A stretch of DNA of 45,271 nucleotides from Peptoniphilus sp. (GTDB lineage: Bacteria; Bacillota; Clostridia; Tissierellales; Peptoniphilaceae): positions 1 to 45,271 of the forward strand of contig JAUNLL010000002.1 in assembly GCA_030532275.1 (NCBI GenBank). The letters are read 5' to 3'. The notes beneath the pieces are model-generated. The model did not search any database and had not been told where the DNA came from. It was given only the letters and a program-made list of their open reading frames with translations. Shown piece by piece: positions 37,704 to 45,271 of this stretch (positions within the stretch are counted from its first letter, which is position 1; the number at the start of each line of letters is the position of its first letter). The position numbers were made by a program, and so were the translations under genes.

Positions 37704-38936
37704 CTATTGAAGTTTGTGAATGAAAAGTCCGGATCTGGGCTTGGGTTCAAACCAAGTGGATTTCGGCGGCATTTCCTTATTTGCGTTTGCCACTGTCATG
37801 AGTTCGTCAAGGGATGTGGGATATAGTGAAAAGGCTATTTCCATATCTTCTCCAACTCTTCTCTCCAGTTCTTCTAGTCCTCTTATGCCTCCGATGAAGT
37901 CGATTCTATCGTCTGTCCTGGGATCCTTTATTTCTAGGATGGGAGAGAGCAATTTGTTTTGGAGTATGGATACATCTAAGTCTTCTATTTCATCTCCCGT
38001 CATTTCTCCATTGTAGGTGAGTTTGTACCATTGACCCTTTAAGTACATTCCGAATTCCGATTTTTTTGAGGGTTTCAGTTTTTGGTCGACTTTTTCCAAT
38101 TTAAAGTTCTCTTCTATTTTTTCAAGGAGTTCTTCGTGAGAAAGTCCCTTTAAGTCCTTGACCACTCTGTTGTAATCGTAGATTTGCACATTGTCAGAGG
38201 GAAAGAGGATGGACATGAAGTAGTTAAATTCTTCGTCGCCCTTAAATTGGGGATTTTCTTCTCTTCTCTTTAAAGAAACCTTAATGGCCGATGCACTTCT
38301 GTGATGACCGTCTGCTATATAGAGATTGGGTATTTCCGTAAAGTAGTTTTCCAAGTCTGAAATAGTCTTTTCATCTCTTATGGTCCAAATTCTGTGTCTG
38401 ACTTCGTCGTCGCTGATGAAGTCTATTTCTGAAGGTTCTTTTACGCATTGGGCAATGGTGTTTTTGATTTTTTCTTCATTTTTGTAGGTTAAGAAGATGG
38501 GACCGGTGTTTGCATCAAGGGCATCGATGTGGTTGATTCTGTCGATTTCCTTTTCTGCACGGGTTTTTTCATGTTTTTTAATGGTTCCGTCCAAGTATTC
38601 GTCCACTGAGGTTGCACATACAAGGCCCAGTTGAACGTGGTTATTCATGGTCATTTCATAGAGGTACAGACAATTTTCATCTTCTTGCATGAAGTAGCCC
38701 TCATCCCACATTTTTTTGAAGTTTATGACGGCGTGTCTGTTTATTTCAAGGTTATCTCCATGAAAATCCTCGGGAAGTGTGGCAAGGGGTAAGTCCACTT
38801 GCAAAAAGCTCAAGGGATTTTTGTTTATTTCTTCTCTTGCTTCTTTGGTATTGTATACGTCGTAGGGAAGAGCGGCAACTTTTGCGCTGTATTCAGTCTT
38901 GGGACGAACCGCTTTAAATGCTTTTATTGTAGCCAT
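37704..38936 (-). CDS. DUF1015 family protein
   Basis: LPYDV, IKKHEKTR..KE.DR, YIADGHHR, MPPKSTWFEPK.RSGL. Confidence 0.88.
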   Translation of the reverse strand: MATIKAFKAVRPKTEYSAKVAALPYDVYNTKEAREEINKNPLSFLQVDLPLATLPEDFHGDNLEINRHAVINFKKMWDEGYFMQEDENCLYLYEMTMNNHVQLGLVCATSVDEYLDGTIKKHEKTRAEKEIDRINHIDALDANTGPIFLTYKNEEKIKNTIAQCVKEPSEIDFISDDEVRHRIWTIRDEKTISDLENYFTEIPNLYIADGHHRSASAIKVSLKRREENPQFKGDEEFNYFMSILFPSDNVQIYDYNRVVKDLKGLSHEELLEKIEENFKLEKVDQKLKPSKKSEFGMYLKGQWYKLTYNGEMTGDEIEDLDVSILQNKLLSPILEIKDPRTDDRIDFIGGIRGLEELERRVGEDMEIAFSLYPTSLDELMTVANANKEMPPKSTWFEPKPRSGLFIHKLQ

Positions 38937-38945
38937 TGGATCCTC

Positions 38946-40124
38946 CTATTTTATAAATCTTACTCTTACTACGCCTTCTATTTTCCACAGTTCATCCTTC
39001 AATGTTCCGTCCACTTCAGAGTCTATATCTATCATGGTGTATGCCCAGTTGCCCTTGTGTTTGTTCAAAAGGTTGGCTATATTTATGTTTTTTTGAGCCA
39101 GAACAGCTGTTATTTGTCCTATCATGTTTGGAATATTTCTGTGATTTACAGTTATTCTATGCACGCTTTGACATACTCCCATATCGCTGTCGGGGAAGTT
39201 GACGGAGTTTTTGATGTTTCCGTTGTTGAGGTAGTCCATCATCTGTCTTACTATCATTTTTGCAGAGTTTTCTTCACTTTCAGGAGTAGATGCTCCCAAG
39301 TGAGGGATGTTGATGGTGTTGGGTAGAGTCAGGGTTTCTTCGTTGGGGAAGTCGACCACATACTTTGCCACAGTTCCGTCTTCAAGGGCAGCTCTTAGGG
39401 CTTTCAAATCAACTAAACCGTCTCGTGCTATGTTTATTAGTCTAAGGCCCTTTTTAGCATCCTTTAAAAGTTCTGCATTTACGAATTTGTCGGTGTCCTT
39501 TGTGAAGGGAACATGGATTGAAATGTAGTCGCACATAGAGAACATTTCCTTCAGGCTCTCGATGTATTTCACATGAGTGTCCAAGTTCAATGCGCTTTCA
39601 ACGGACATGAAGGGATCCAGTCCATAGACGTTCATGCCCATGGAAACTCCCATTGATGCGACCAATCTGCCTGTGGCGCCCAGTCCTATTACTCCCAAAT
39701 TTTTTCCGTATATTTCAGGGCCGATAAAGTTTTTCTTGTAGGCTTCCACTTCTTTTACAACATTTTCATCTTTGTCCAGCGTCTTGACCCATTGGATGGC
39801 GTCGCCGATTTTTCTTGAAGATATCAACAATGCCACTGTGACTAATTCCTTTACGGCATTGGCATTTGCTCCCGGTGCATTGGAAACTACTATTCCCCTT
39901 TCAGAACATCTTTCTATGGGTATGTTGTTAGTTCCTGCGCCTGCTCTACCGACGAATCGCACGTTTTCTCCGAATTGGAATTCATGCATATCGGCACTTC
40001 TGACCAATATGGCATCGGGATTTTCTTCCTCCGATGAAGCTATGAAATTAGGTCTTAGAAGTTCCAATCCTTTATTTGAAATATTGTTTATCGTTTTTAT
40101 TTTATATGTTCTAATATTGTCCAT
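38946..40124 (-). CDS. serA: D-3-phosphoglycerate dehydrogenase with C-terminal ACT domain
   Basis: RAGAG.NNI, PGANANAV.E, GLGA.G, PHLGAST.E.E and ACT motif HRN.PNM; adjacent to serC. Confidence 0.88.
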   Translation of the reverse strand: MDNIRTYKIKTINNISNKGLELLRPNFIASSEEENPDAILVRSADMHEFQFGENVRFVGRAGAGTNNIPIERCSERGIVVSNAPGANANAVKELVTVALLISSRKIGDAIQWVKTLDKDENVVKEVEAYKKNFIGPEIYGKNLGVIGLGATGRLVASMGVSMGMNVYGLDPFMSVESALNLDTHVKYIESLKEMFSMCDYISIHVPFTKDTDKFVNAELLKDAKKGLRLINIARDGLVDLKALRAALEDGTVAKYVVDFPNEETLTLPNTINIPHLGASTPESEENSAKMIVRQMMDYLNNGNIKNSVNFPDSDMGVCQSVHRITVNHRNIPNMIGQITAVLAQKNINIANLLNKHKGNWAYTMIDIDSEVDGTLKDELWKIEGVVRVRFIK

Positions 40125-40133
40125 TTCCACTCC

Positions 40134-41219
40134 TTAAGAATTTTGTCTTTCAAAATCTTTCATATAATCCACCAATGCACGCACTCCTTCCAAGGACATG
40201 GCATTGTAGATGCTCGCTCTCATACCGCCCACAGATCTGTGACCCTTGATACCTATGATGGATTTTTCCTTGGCGCCCTTCACAAAGGCTGCATCCAAAT
40301 CCTTATCGCCTGTGACGAAGACTACGTTCATCAGAGATCTGTCCTCAGGTGCGACGTTGTTTTTGTAGAGCTTGCTGTTGTCTATGAAATCGTATAATAG
40401 ATTTGCCTTTTCTTCATTTATTTGTTGAATTGCCTTTACTCCGCCTAAATTTTTAAGCCATTTCAGTACCAGACCGCATATGTATATGCTGTAACAGGGG
40501 GGCGTGTTGAAGAGTGAATCTTTTTCCAGGTGAGTTTTGTAGTCTAAAATTGTAGGCAGCACTCTTCCGTCATCGGGCAGAAAATCCTTGTTTATTCCCA
40601 CGATTGTAAGACCGCTGGGCCCTAAATTCTTTTGAGCTCCCGCAAAAAATATATCGAATTTGTTAACATCGTATTCTTCAGAAAGTATATTTGACGACAT
40701 ATCGGCAACCATTTTTGTACTTAGTGAATTGATCACTTGGGGTGCTGTCCTGGTTCCGTAAATCGTGTTATTGATACAAAGATATAAATACTTAGATTCT
40801 TTGTCAATTTCATCTCCATTAATTTTAGGAACACAGGTAAAATTTTCGTCTTCGGATGAAGCTAAAATCTCCACATTGCCGAAGAGTTTTGCTTCTTTGT
40901 AGGCCTTTTTCGCCCAGGAACCGGATATCACATAACTCGCCTTGTCGTCTTTTGACAAAATATTCATGGGTACCATGGTGAATTGCGTGGATGCTCCGCC
41001 CTGTAAGAACAGTATTTCATGTTTGTCATCCAAATTCAGCAGTTCTTTCAGTAAGGCCTTGGTTTCCTGATGAATTTCATCATATTCAGCACTTCTGTGG
41101 CTCATTTCCATTACGGACATTCCGGAGCCTCTGTGGTTTAACATCTCCGCAGAAGCTTTTTCTAAAACTTCCAGCGGTAAAGTTGCAGGACCGGCTGAAA
41201 AATTATAAATTCTTTCCAT
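40134..41219 (-). CDS. serC: Phosphoserine aminotransferase
   Basis: NFSAGPA, EMSHRS, QGGAS.QF, DMSS, GAQKN.GP, GHRSVGG.RASIYN. Confidence 0.96.
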   Translation of the reverse strand: MERIYNFSAGPATLPLEVLEKASAEMLNHRGSGMSVMEMSHRSAEYDEIHQETKALLKELLNLDDKHEILFLQGGASTQFTMVPMNILSKDDKASYVISGSWAKKAYKEAKLFGNVEILASSEDENFTCVPKINGDEIDKESKYLYLCINNTIYGTRTAPQVINSLSTKMVADMSSNILSEEYDVNKFDIFFAGAQKNLGPSGLTIVGINKDFLPDDGRVLPTILDYKTHLEKDSLFNTPPCYSIYICGLVLKWLKNLGGVKAIQQINEEKANLLYDFIDNSKLYKNNVAPEDRSLMNVVFVTGDKDLDAAFVKGAKEKSIIGIKGHRSVGGMRASIYNAMSLEGVRALVDYMKDFERQNS

Positions 41220-41273
41220 TTTTTTCCTCCTATGTTCAATATTAATCCTTGCAAATAGCGAAAGATTTACAAT

Positions 41274-41302
41274 ATTATACTCTCAATAATTTATTTATAC
41301 AA
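41274..41302 (-). promoter_or_regulatory. Sigma-A promoter of the serC operon
   Basis: Minus-strand TTGTAT-17 nt-TATAAT. Confidence 0.6.
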
Positions 41303-41387
41303 TGAGAAAATTCAAATAAAAACCTTTGTCTGTTAAATTTCACCTAAAGTTTAAGATAATTTTACAAAGTACCTCCGAGAAAAATAA

Positions 41388-41416
41388 TTGGGATAGGTGC
41401 TAATTTTTGGTACAAT
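41388..41416 (+). promoter_or_regulatory. Sigma-A-like promoter of murJ
   Basis: TTGGGA-17 nt-TACAAT with extended -10 TG. Confidence 0.5.
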
Positions 41417-41436
41417 ATACATAAAGTGAGGTAATT

Positions 41437-42942
41437 ATGAAAACATCTTATATATTAATGATAGTAACTATAATTTCAAAGGTTTTCGGATTGGCGAGGG
41501 AAAAGGCCCTTGCGCATTTTTTTGGAACCAGCATGGTGGCAGACGTCTTTCTAGTGGCCTTTCAGATACCCATGACCTTCACCAACGTCATATCGGGTGC
41601 CACCGCCAACGGATACATTCCCCTATACAATGAAGTGTTGGAGAAAAGGGGCGAGAAAAAGGCCAATGATTTCACTGCCAATTTATCCAATATAGTATTT
41701 TTATTTGCCTTGGTGCTGTCCGTTGCAGGCATTGTCTTTGCAGAAGGGCTTGTCAGCATGATGGCCATAGGATTTGAGGCGGAGAAGTTCGACTTTGCCG
41801 TGTTCATGACCAGAGTTGCACTGCTGAGTCTGTGTGCGACGTCGGTATTTTCCATCTTCAAGGCCTACCTTCAGGTGAAGAGGCATTTCATAGTGTCAAT
41901 TGCTCATGCCATCATCATGAACATAATCATAATTTTTTCCATGGCTCTCTCCTACAAATTAGGAGGCAGTTACTTAGCCTATGGAATTTTGGCAGGCTTT
42001 GTATTTCAATATGTGATATTCTTGCCCTATTTGAAGAAGACCGGTTACAAGCACAATTTGAGTTTCAACATTAAAGATGAAAATTTTGTTAAACTGTTAA
42101 AAATAATACTCCCCGTAATTATTTCCACATCGGTGATCGAGCTGAATTTCATAATATCGAAATCTCTGTCCTCATCTTTGTTTTCCGGTGCCATATCATC
42201 TCTTAACTACGCCTACAAGCTGCAGAGTTTTGTCACGGGCATAGTGGTGACTTCCATAGTCACGGCGGTATATCCCGAGATGGCAAAATTCGGTGCGAAA
42301 AAAGATTATGTAGGGCTTAGACATCAAACGGGTGATGCTCTCGTAACCATGGCAATATTGGTAATTCCTGCATCCATAGGATTGTTTATATATTCGGAAC
42401 CCATAGTTAAATTTCTCTTCGTGGGAGGAGCCTTTTCAAAGCAGGACGCTTACATCACGGCGACCGTACTCTCCTTCTATGCGCTGGGCATAATCGCCAT
42501 AGGCATAAGAGAGATAATCTCCAGGGTTTTTTACACCGTCATGGACGCAAAAACTCCCGTGGTAAACTCCGTGATCATGGTGGCAATAAACGTAATTTTA
42601 AGTATAGTGTTGATTAAAAAACTTCAGATAAGAGGACTTGCCCTTGCAACGACTCTATCCTTCATAATAGGTGCGGTGATGATCTACATAAGCGCACGAA
42701 GAAAAGTGGGAGAGGTATTCTCCAAGGACGTAGTAGTGGAGATTTTAAAAATCATCGTGGCATCGGTGACCATGGGCATCCTTTCAAAATTGCTTTTCGA
42801 TTTTGTCACTCCTCGCTTAGGTGAAATAATGTCGCTGATCTTGGCCATAGGAGCAGCCGGAGTTGTCTATCTGGCAATGCTTTTGTTGCTTAAGAGCAGG
42901 GAAATATTCAATATTATAGATAGGTTTAGAAAGAGAAAATAA
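41437..42942 (+). CDS. murJ: Lipid II flippase MurJ (MviN)
   Basis: SK..G..RE...A..FG....AD.F..A..IP, L.YA..L and D.KTP; about 14 TM segments. Confidence 0.88.
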   Translation: MKTSYILMIVTIISKVFGLAREKALAHFFGTSMVADVFLVAFQIPMTFTNVISGATANGYIPLYNEVLEKRGEKKANDFTANLSNIVFLFALVLSVAGIVFAEGLVSMMAIGFEAEKFDFAVFMTRVALLSLCATSVFSIFKAYLQVKRHFIVSIAHAIIMNIIIIFSMALSYKLGGSYLAYGILAGFVFQYVIFLPYLKKTGYKHNLSFNIKDENFVKLLKIILPVIISTSVIELNFIISKSLSSSLFSGAISSLNYAYKLQSFVTGIVVTSIVTAVYPEMAKFGAKKDYVGLRHQTGDALVTMAILVIPASIGLFIYSEPIVKFLFVGGAFSKQDAYITATVLSFYALGIIAIGIREIISRVFYTVMDAKTPVVNSVIMVAINVILSIVLIKKLQIRGLALATTLSFIIGAVMIYISARRKVGEVFSKDVVVEILKIIVASVTMGILSKLLFDFVTPRLGEIMSLILAIGAAGVVYLAMLLLLKSREIFNIIDRFRKRK

Positions 42943-42952
42943 ATTTGCAAAT

Positions 42953-42981
42953 AAAAAATCTCCTGAATTCAGGAGATTTTT
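42953..42981. terminator. Bidirectional terminator
   Basis: Perfect palindrome AAAAATCTCCTGAATTCAGGAGATTTTT. Confidence 0.8.
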
Positions 42982-42991
42982 GTGTGAAATT

Positions 42992-44290
42992 TTAAAAGAA
43001 TTGAGATAAAAATATTATGATGATCGCAAGGGGTGATATGTATTTAATAGATACTATCATCCATTTTTTGATGAGGGGATTTTTTATGTTGGCAGCTTTT
43101 ATGGTATTGTCCATGCCCCAAACATATCCGCAAAAAATGGCGATTATGAAACACCCGATGACCAATATGTAATTACTTTCGATTTTATCCAAGAGGTTGA
43201 ACAGAGCATCGTTGTTCACGGAGAAAAATGCTATGATGGATATTATGACTATTGCCACCGTCAGGGATTTATTTCTGGAGAACTTATATTTTTCAGTCAA
43301 AAGTCCCACAATAGCCTCAAGTATTCCTATTGAAGATGTAAAGGCCGCTATGTAAAATCCCAGATAGAACAACATCGACAATATCCTGCCGCCGGGAATC
43401 AAATTAAAGGCATTGGGAAGAGTCAGAAAACTCAAGGCAACACCCTCTGCAACTTCCAGCCCCGTGGCAAAGACTATGGGCATTATCATAAGACCTGCGG
43501 CAATTCCCGCAAAAATCAAAGCTATGCACACAACAGCTGCCGATTTAAAAATATCCTCATCCTTGTCCTTGATGTAGGAACCGAAAACCATGGAGCCCAA
43601 CATGGCAAGACCCAGAGCGAAGAAAGCCTGACCCAGACAGGTGAGCATAGAATCCAAGGTAAACTTTGAAAAATCCGGTAAAAACAAAAACTTAACACCT
43701 TCAATGGCTCCCTCAAGTCTGAAGGAGGAGAGAATAATCACCAGCATGATGATGAATAATATGGGTATCAAAAATTTCGACACCCTCTCGATTCCCTTTT
43801 GAATACCGAATTTAATAACAACTACGTTGAGCAATAAATTGAGCATAAAAAATAACATAACCGACGTCTTATTGGCATTGAAGTCGCTGAAGAAACTTTG
43901 AACTTCATCAGGACTTAGATTTGACAGATCGCCAGCAATGCTGGAAACAACATATTTAAAAATCCACGAATAAATAGGGGCAGTGTAGCCCAGTATTAAA
44001 ATAGCGGCAATTAAGTGCAAGTATCCCGCATAATACCATTTTTTGCCCGGCGCCAAAGTTTTGTAAGCGTCGACAGCTGTCCTCTGCGTGGCAAAACCTA
44101 TGGTTATTTCGCAGGTCATAAGAGGTATACCTATTATTAATATGATAGCTATGTACATCAAAATAAAAATTGCGCCGCCATTTTCACCCACCACATAGGG
44201 AAACCGCCAAAGACTGCCAATACCCAAGGCTAGGCCTATGGCTACCAATATAAATCCCAATATGGAACTAAATCCTTCCTTTTTTTCCAA
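42992..44290 (-). CDS. Sodium-dependent transporter (neurotransmitter:sodium symporter family)
   Basis: G.A.G.G..WRFPY....GG..F, GIE, GQAFF.L; probable TTG start after AGGTGA (GTG 44299 is an alternative). Confidence 0.88.
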   Translation of the reverse strand: MEKKEGFSSILGFILVAIGLALGIGSLWRFPYVVGENGGAIFILMYIAIILIIGIPLMTCEITIGFATQRTAVDAYKTLAPGKKWYYAGYLHLIAAILILGYTAPIYSWIFKYVVSSIAGDLSNLSPDEVQSFFSDFNANKTSVMLFFMLNLLLNVVVIKFGIQKGIERVSKFLIPILFIIMLVIILSSFRLEGAIEGVKFLFLPDFSKFTLDSMLTCLGQAFFALGLAMLGSMVFGSYIKDKDEDIFKSAAVVCIALIFAGIAAGLMIMPIVFATGLEVAEGVALSFLTLPNAFNLIPGGRILSMLFYLGFYIAAFTSSIGILEAIVGLLTEKYKFSRNKSLTVAIVIISIIAFFSVNNDALFNLLDKIESNYILVIGCFIIAIFCGYVWGMDNTIKAANIKNPLIKKWMIVSIKYISPLAIIIIFLSQFF

Positions 44291-44402
44291 TATAATCACC
44301 TTCCAATAGATAGTATAATATAAAAGAAATAAAAATAATATGCAAATTTATAAAACTTTGCACAACTGAAAAATATAGCTAAGATCACAGCGAAGAAAGA
44401 TA

Positions 44403-44431
44403 TTGCATTAAATAAAAAATGGATTTATAAT
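44403..44431 (+). promoter_or_regulatory. Sigma-A promoter of tRNA-Leu
   Basis: TTGCAT-17 nt-TATAAT just upstream of the tRNA. Confidence 0.7.
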
Positions 44432-44443
44432 ATTATTCTATAA

Positions 44444-44527
44444 GCGGGTGTGGCGGAACGGCAGACGCGCACGGTTCAGGTCCGTGTAAGGCAACTTGTG
44501 GAGGTTCAAATCCTCTCACCCGCACCA
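44444..44527 (+). tRNA. tRNA-Leu (anticodon CAG)
   Basis: Acceptor stem GCGGGTG/CACCCGC followed by A-CCA; anticodon arm CACGG-TTCAGGT-CCGTG; long variable arm; T-loop GGTTCAAATCC. Confidence 0.97.
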
Positions 44528-45271
44528 AAAAAAGCCCTGTTAGGCTCGTTGAATTAGGGATTTTAGAAAACTGATTTGATGAGTCTTTAGGTGGCAAGAG
44601 AAATTTATAAAATATCCATTAAAATGGTATCTCGTCATCAAAGTGGTAATCTTCGTTACCTTCTTCATTTATCTTAGGGTATAATACTTCTATTAGTTTA
44701 TCAATTGCTATAGGTATATGACTAGAATTTTTAGCAATATATTTTGCTATTCCTTGCTTATTTACTAAATTGTAAGCTGTTGCTTCTTCTTTTAATTTTA
44801 CATAATTTTCTTCTCCTAATTGATTCTTTATGGTTGTCTCATAATCCTGTCCAAAACATACATAATCGGTTCCTGTTATAATATAATGATATCTTTTTTT
44901 ATCTTCTGTATATATTTTGGATTCTTCAAAATCTTCTAATATATCTTCGAACAATTTGTTTTTTCTATCTTTAAGATTTTTTTTATTAATGTCACCATCA
45001 AATATACAAATACAACGATACCCAAATGATTTATATAGCCTATATAATGTTGGAATATTCGCTTTACCCATACAATTAATAATTTCAATTCCATTAGCTG
45101 ATAAAAAGTATTTTTTTCTTTCTAACCAAATTGGAATGGCTAATTTTTCAGTCAATCCTTCAACCAATATTATAGTATCTGCAAACATACCCTCTAGTTG
45201 TTCTGAATAGAGCCTTAAATCAAAGTAATTACCTAAATTATTAGACGAAATTTTGTTTTCATCTACCCCAG
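44528..45271. mobile_element. Edge of a putative AT-rich genomic island downstream of tRNA-Leu
   Basis: GC falls sharply (about 18-28% in three hand-counted 60-nt lines versus about 48-50% in two sampled core coding lines); defence-type cargo. No integrase or second att site is visible in the window. Confidence 0.55.
44619..45271 (-). CDS. OLD-family (ATP-dependent endonuclease-type) TOPRIM domain protein, 3' part (partial)
   Basis: The frame stays open from the window edge (GVDENK...SEQLEGMFADTIILVEGLTE...GK...IFDGD...DYE). EGxFA...LVEGxTE and DxD are OLD-TOPRIM signatures. The N-terminal ATPase would lie outside the window. Confidence 0.8.
   Translation of the reverse strand, partial: GVDENKISSNNLGNYFDLRLYSEQLEGMFADTIILVEGLTEKLAIPIWLERKKYFLSANGIEIINCMGKANIPTLYRLYKSFGYRCICIFDGDINKKNLKDRKNKLFEDILEDFEESKIYTEDKKRYHYIITGTDYVCFGQDYETTIKNQLGEENYVKLKEEATAYNLVNKQGIAKYIAKNSSHIPIAIDKLIEVLYPKINEEGNEDYHFDDEIPF

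Noticed and set aside
62-45210. Many short antisense or alternative-frame ORFs in the ORF track
   Set aside because: They are shadows of well-supported genes, with no recognisable motifs or RBS.

Overview
Mostly core chromosome of a low-to-mid GC anaerobic Firmicute (Clostridia/Tissierellia-like, inferred from gene content only). The left arm holds ttcA-xth, an SPFH gene plus a small ribbon-helix-helix gene, and a TlpA / CxxC mini-protein / 4Fe-4S membrane protein module. Next is a complete 8-gene shikimate-to-Phe/Tyr operon (aroF-tyrA-aroB-aroA-aroC-pheA-aroE/aroK fusion-aroQ). It is followed by ybaK, a neutral zinc metallopeptidase, pyrC-SH3 protein-folD, sdaAB-sdaAA-amino acid symporter, nfo, walR-walK-yycH-yycI (with walJ displaced by a 2-hydroxyacid dehydrogenase gene), surE, ltaE, a cobD-like gene, a DedA-like/GT4 pair, an XRE membrane regulator, a GNAT, serC-serA-DUF1015, murJ and an NSS transporter. 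The window ends at tRNA-Leu(CAG) and the edge of an AT-rich island carrying an OLD/TOPRIM nuclease gene with an SSB-like acidic tail (DDEIPF). The strongest find is an unannotated 33-aa Tyr/Phe-rich leader peptide (YYYSFYFTYFY) followed by two tandem near-identical terminators in front of the aro operon. This looks like a ribosome-dependent attenuator sensing both Phe and Tyr, in a phylum that usually uses T-box RNAs. All calls come from reading the sequence; no searches or folding computations were run.
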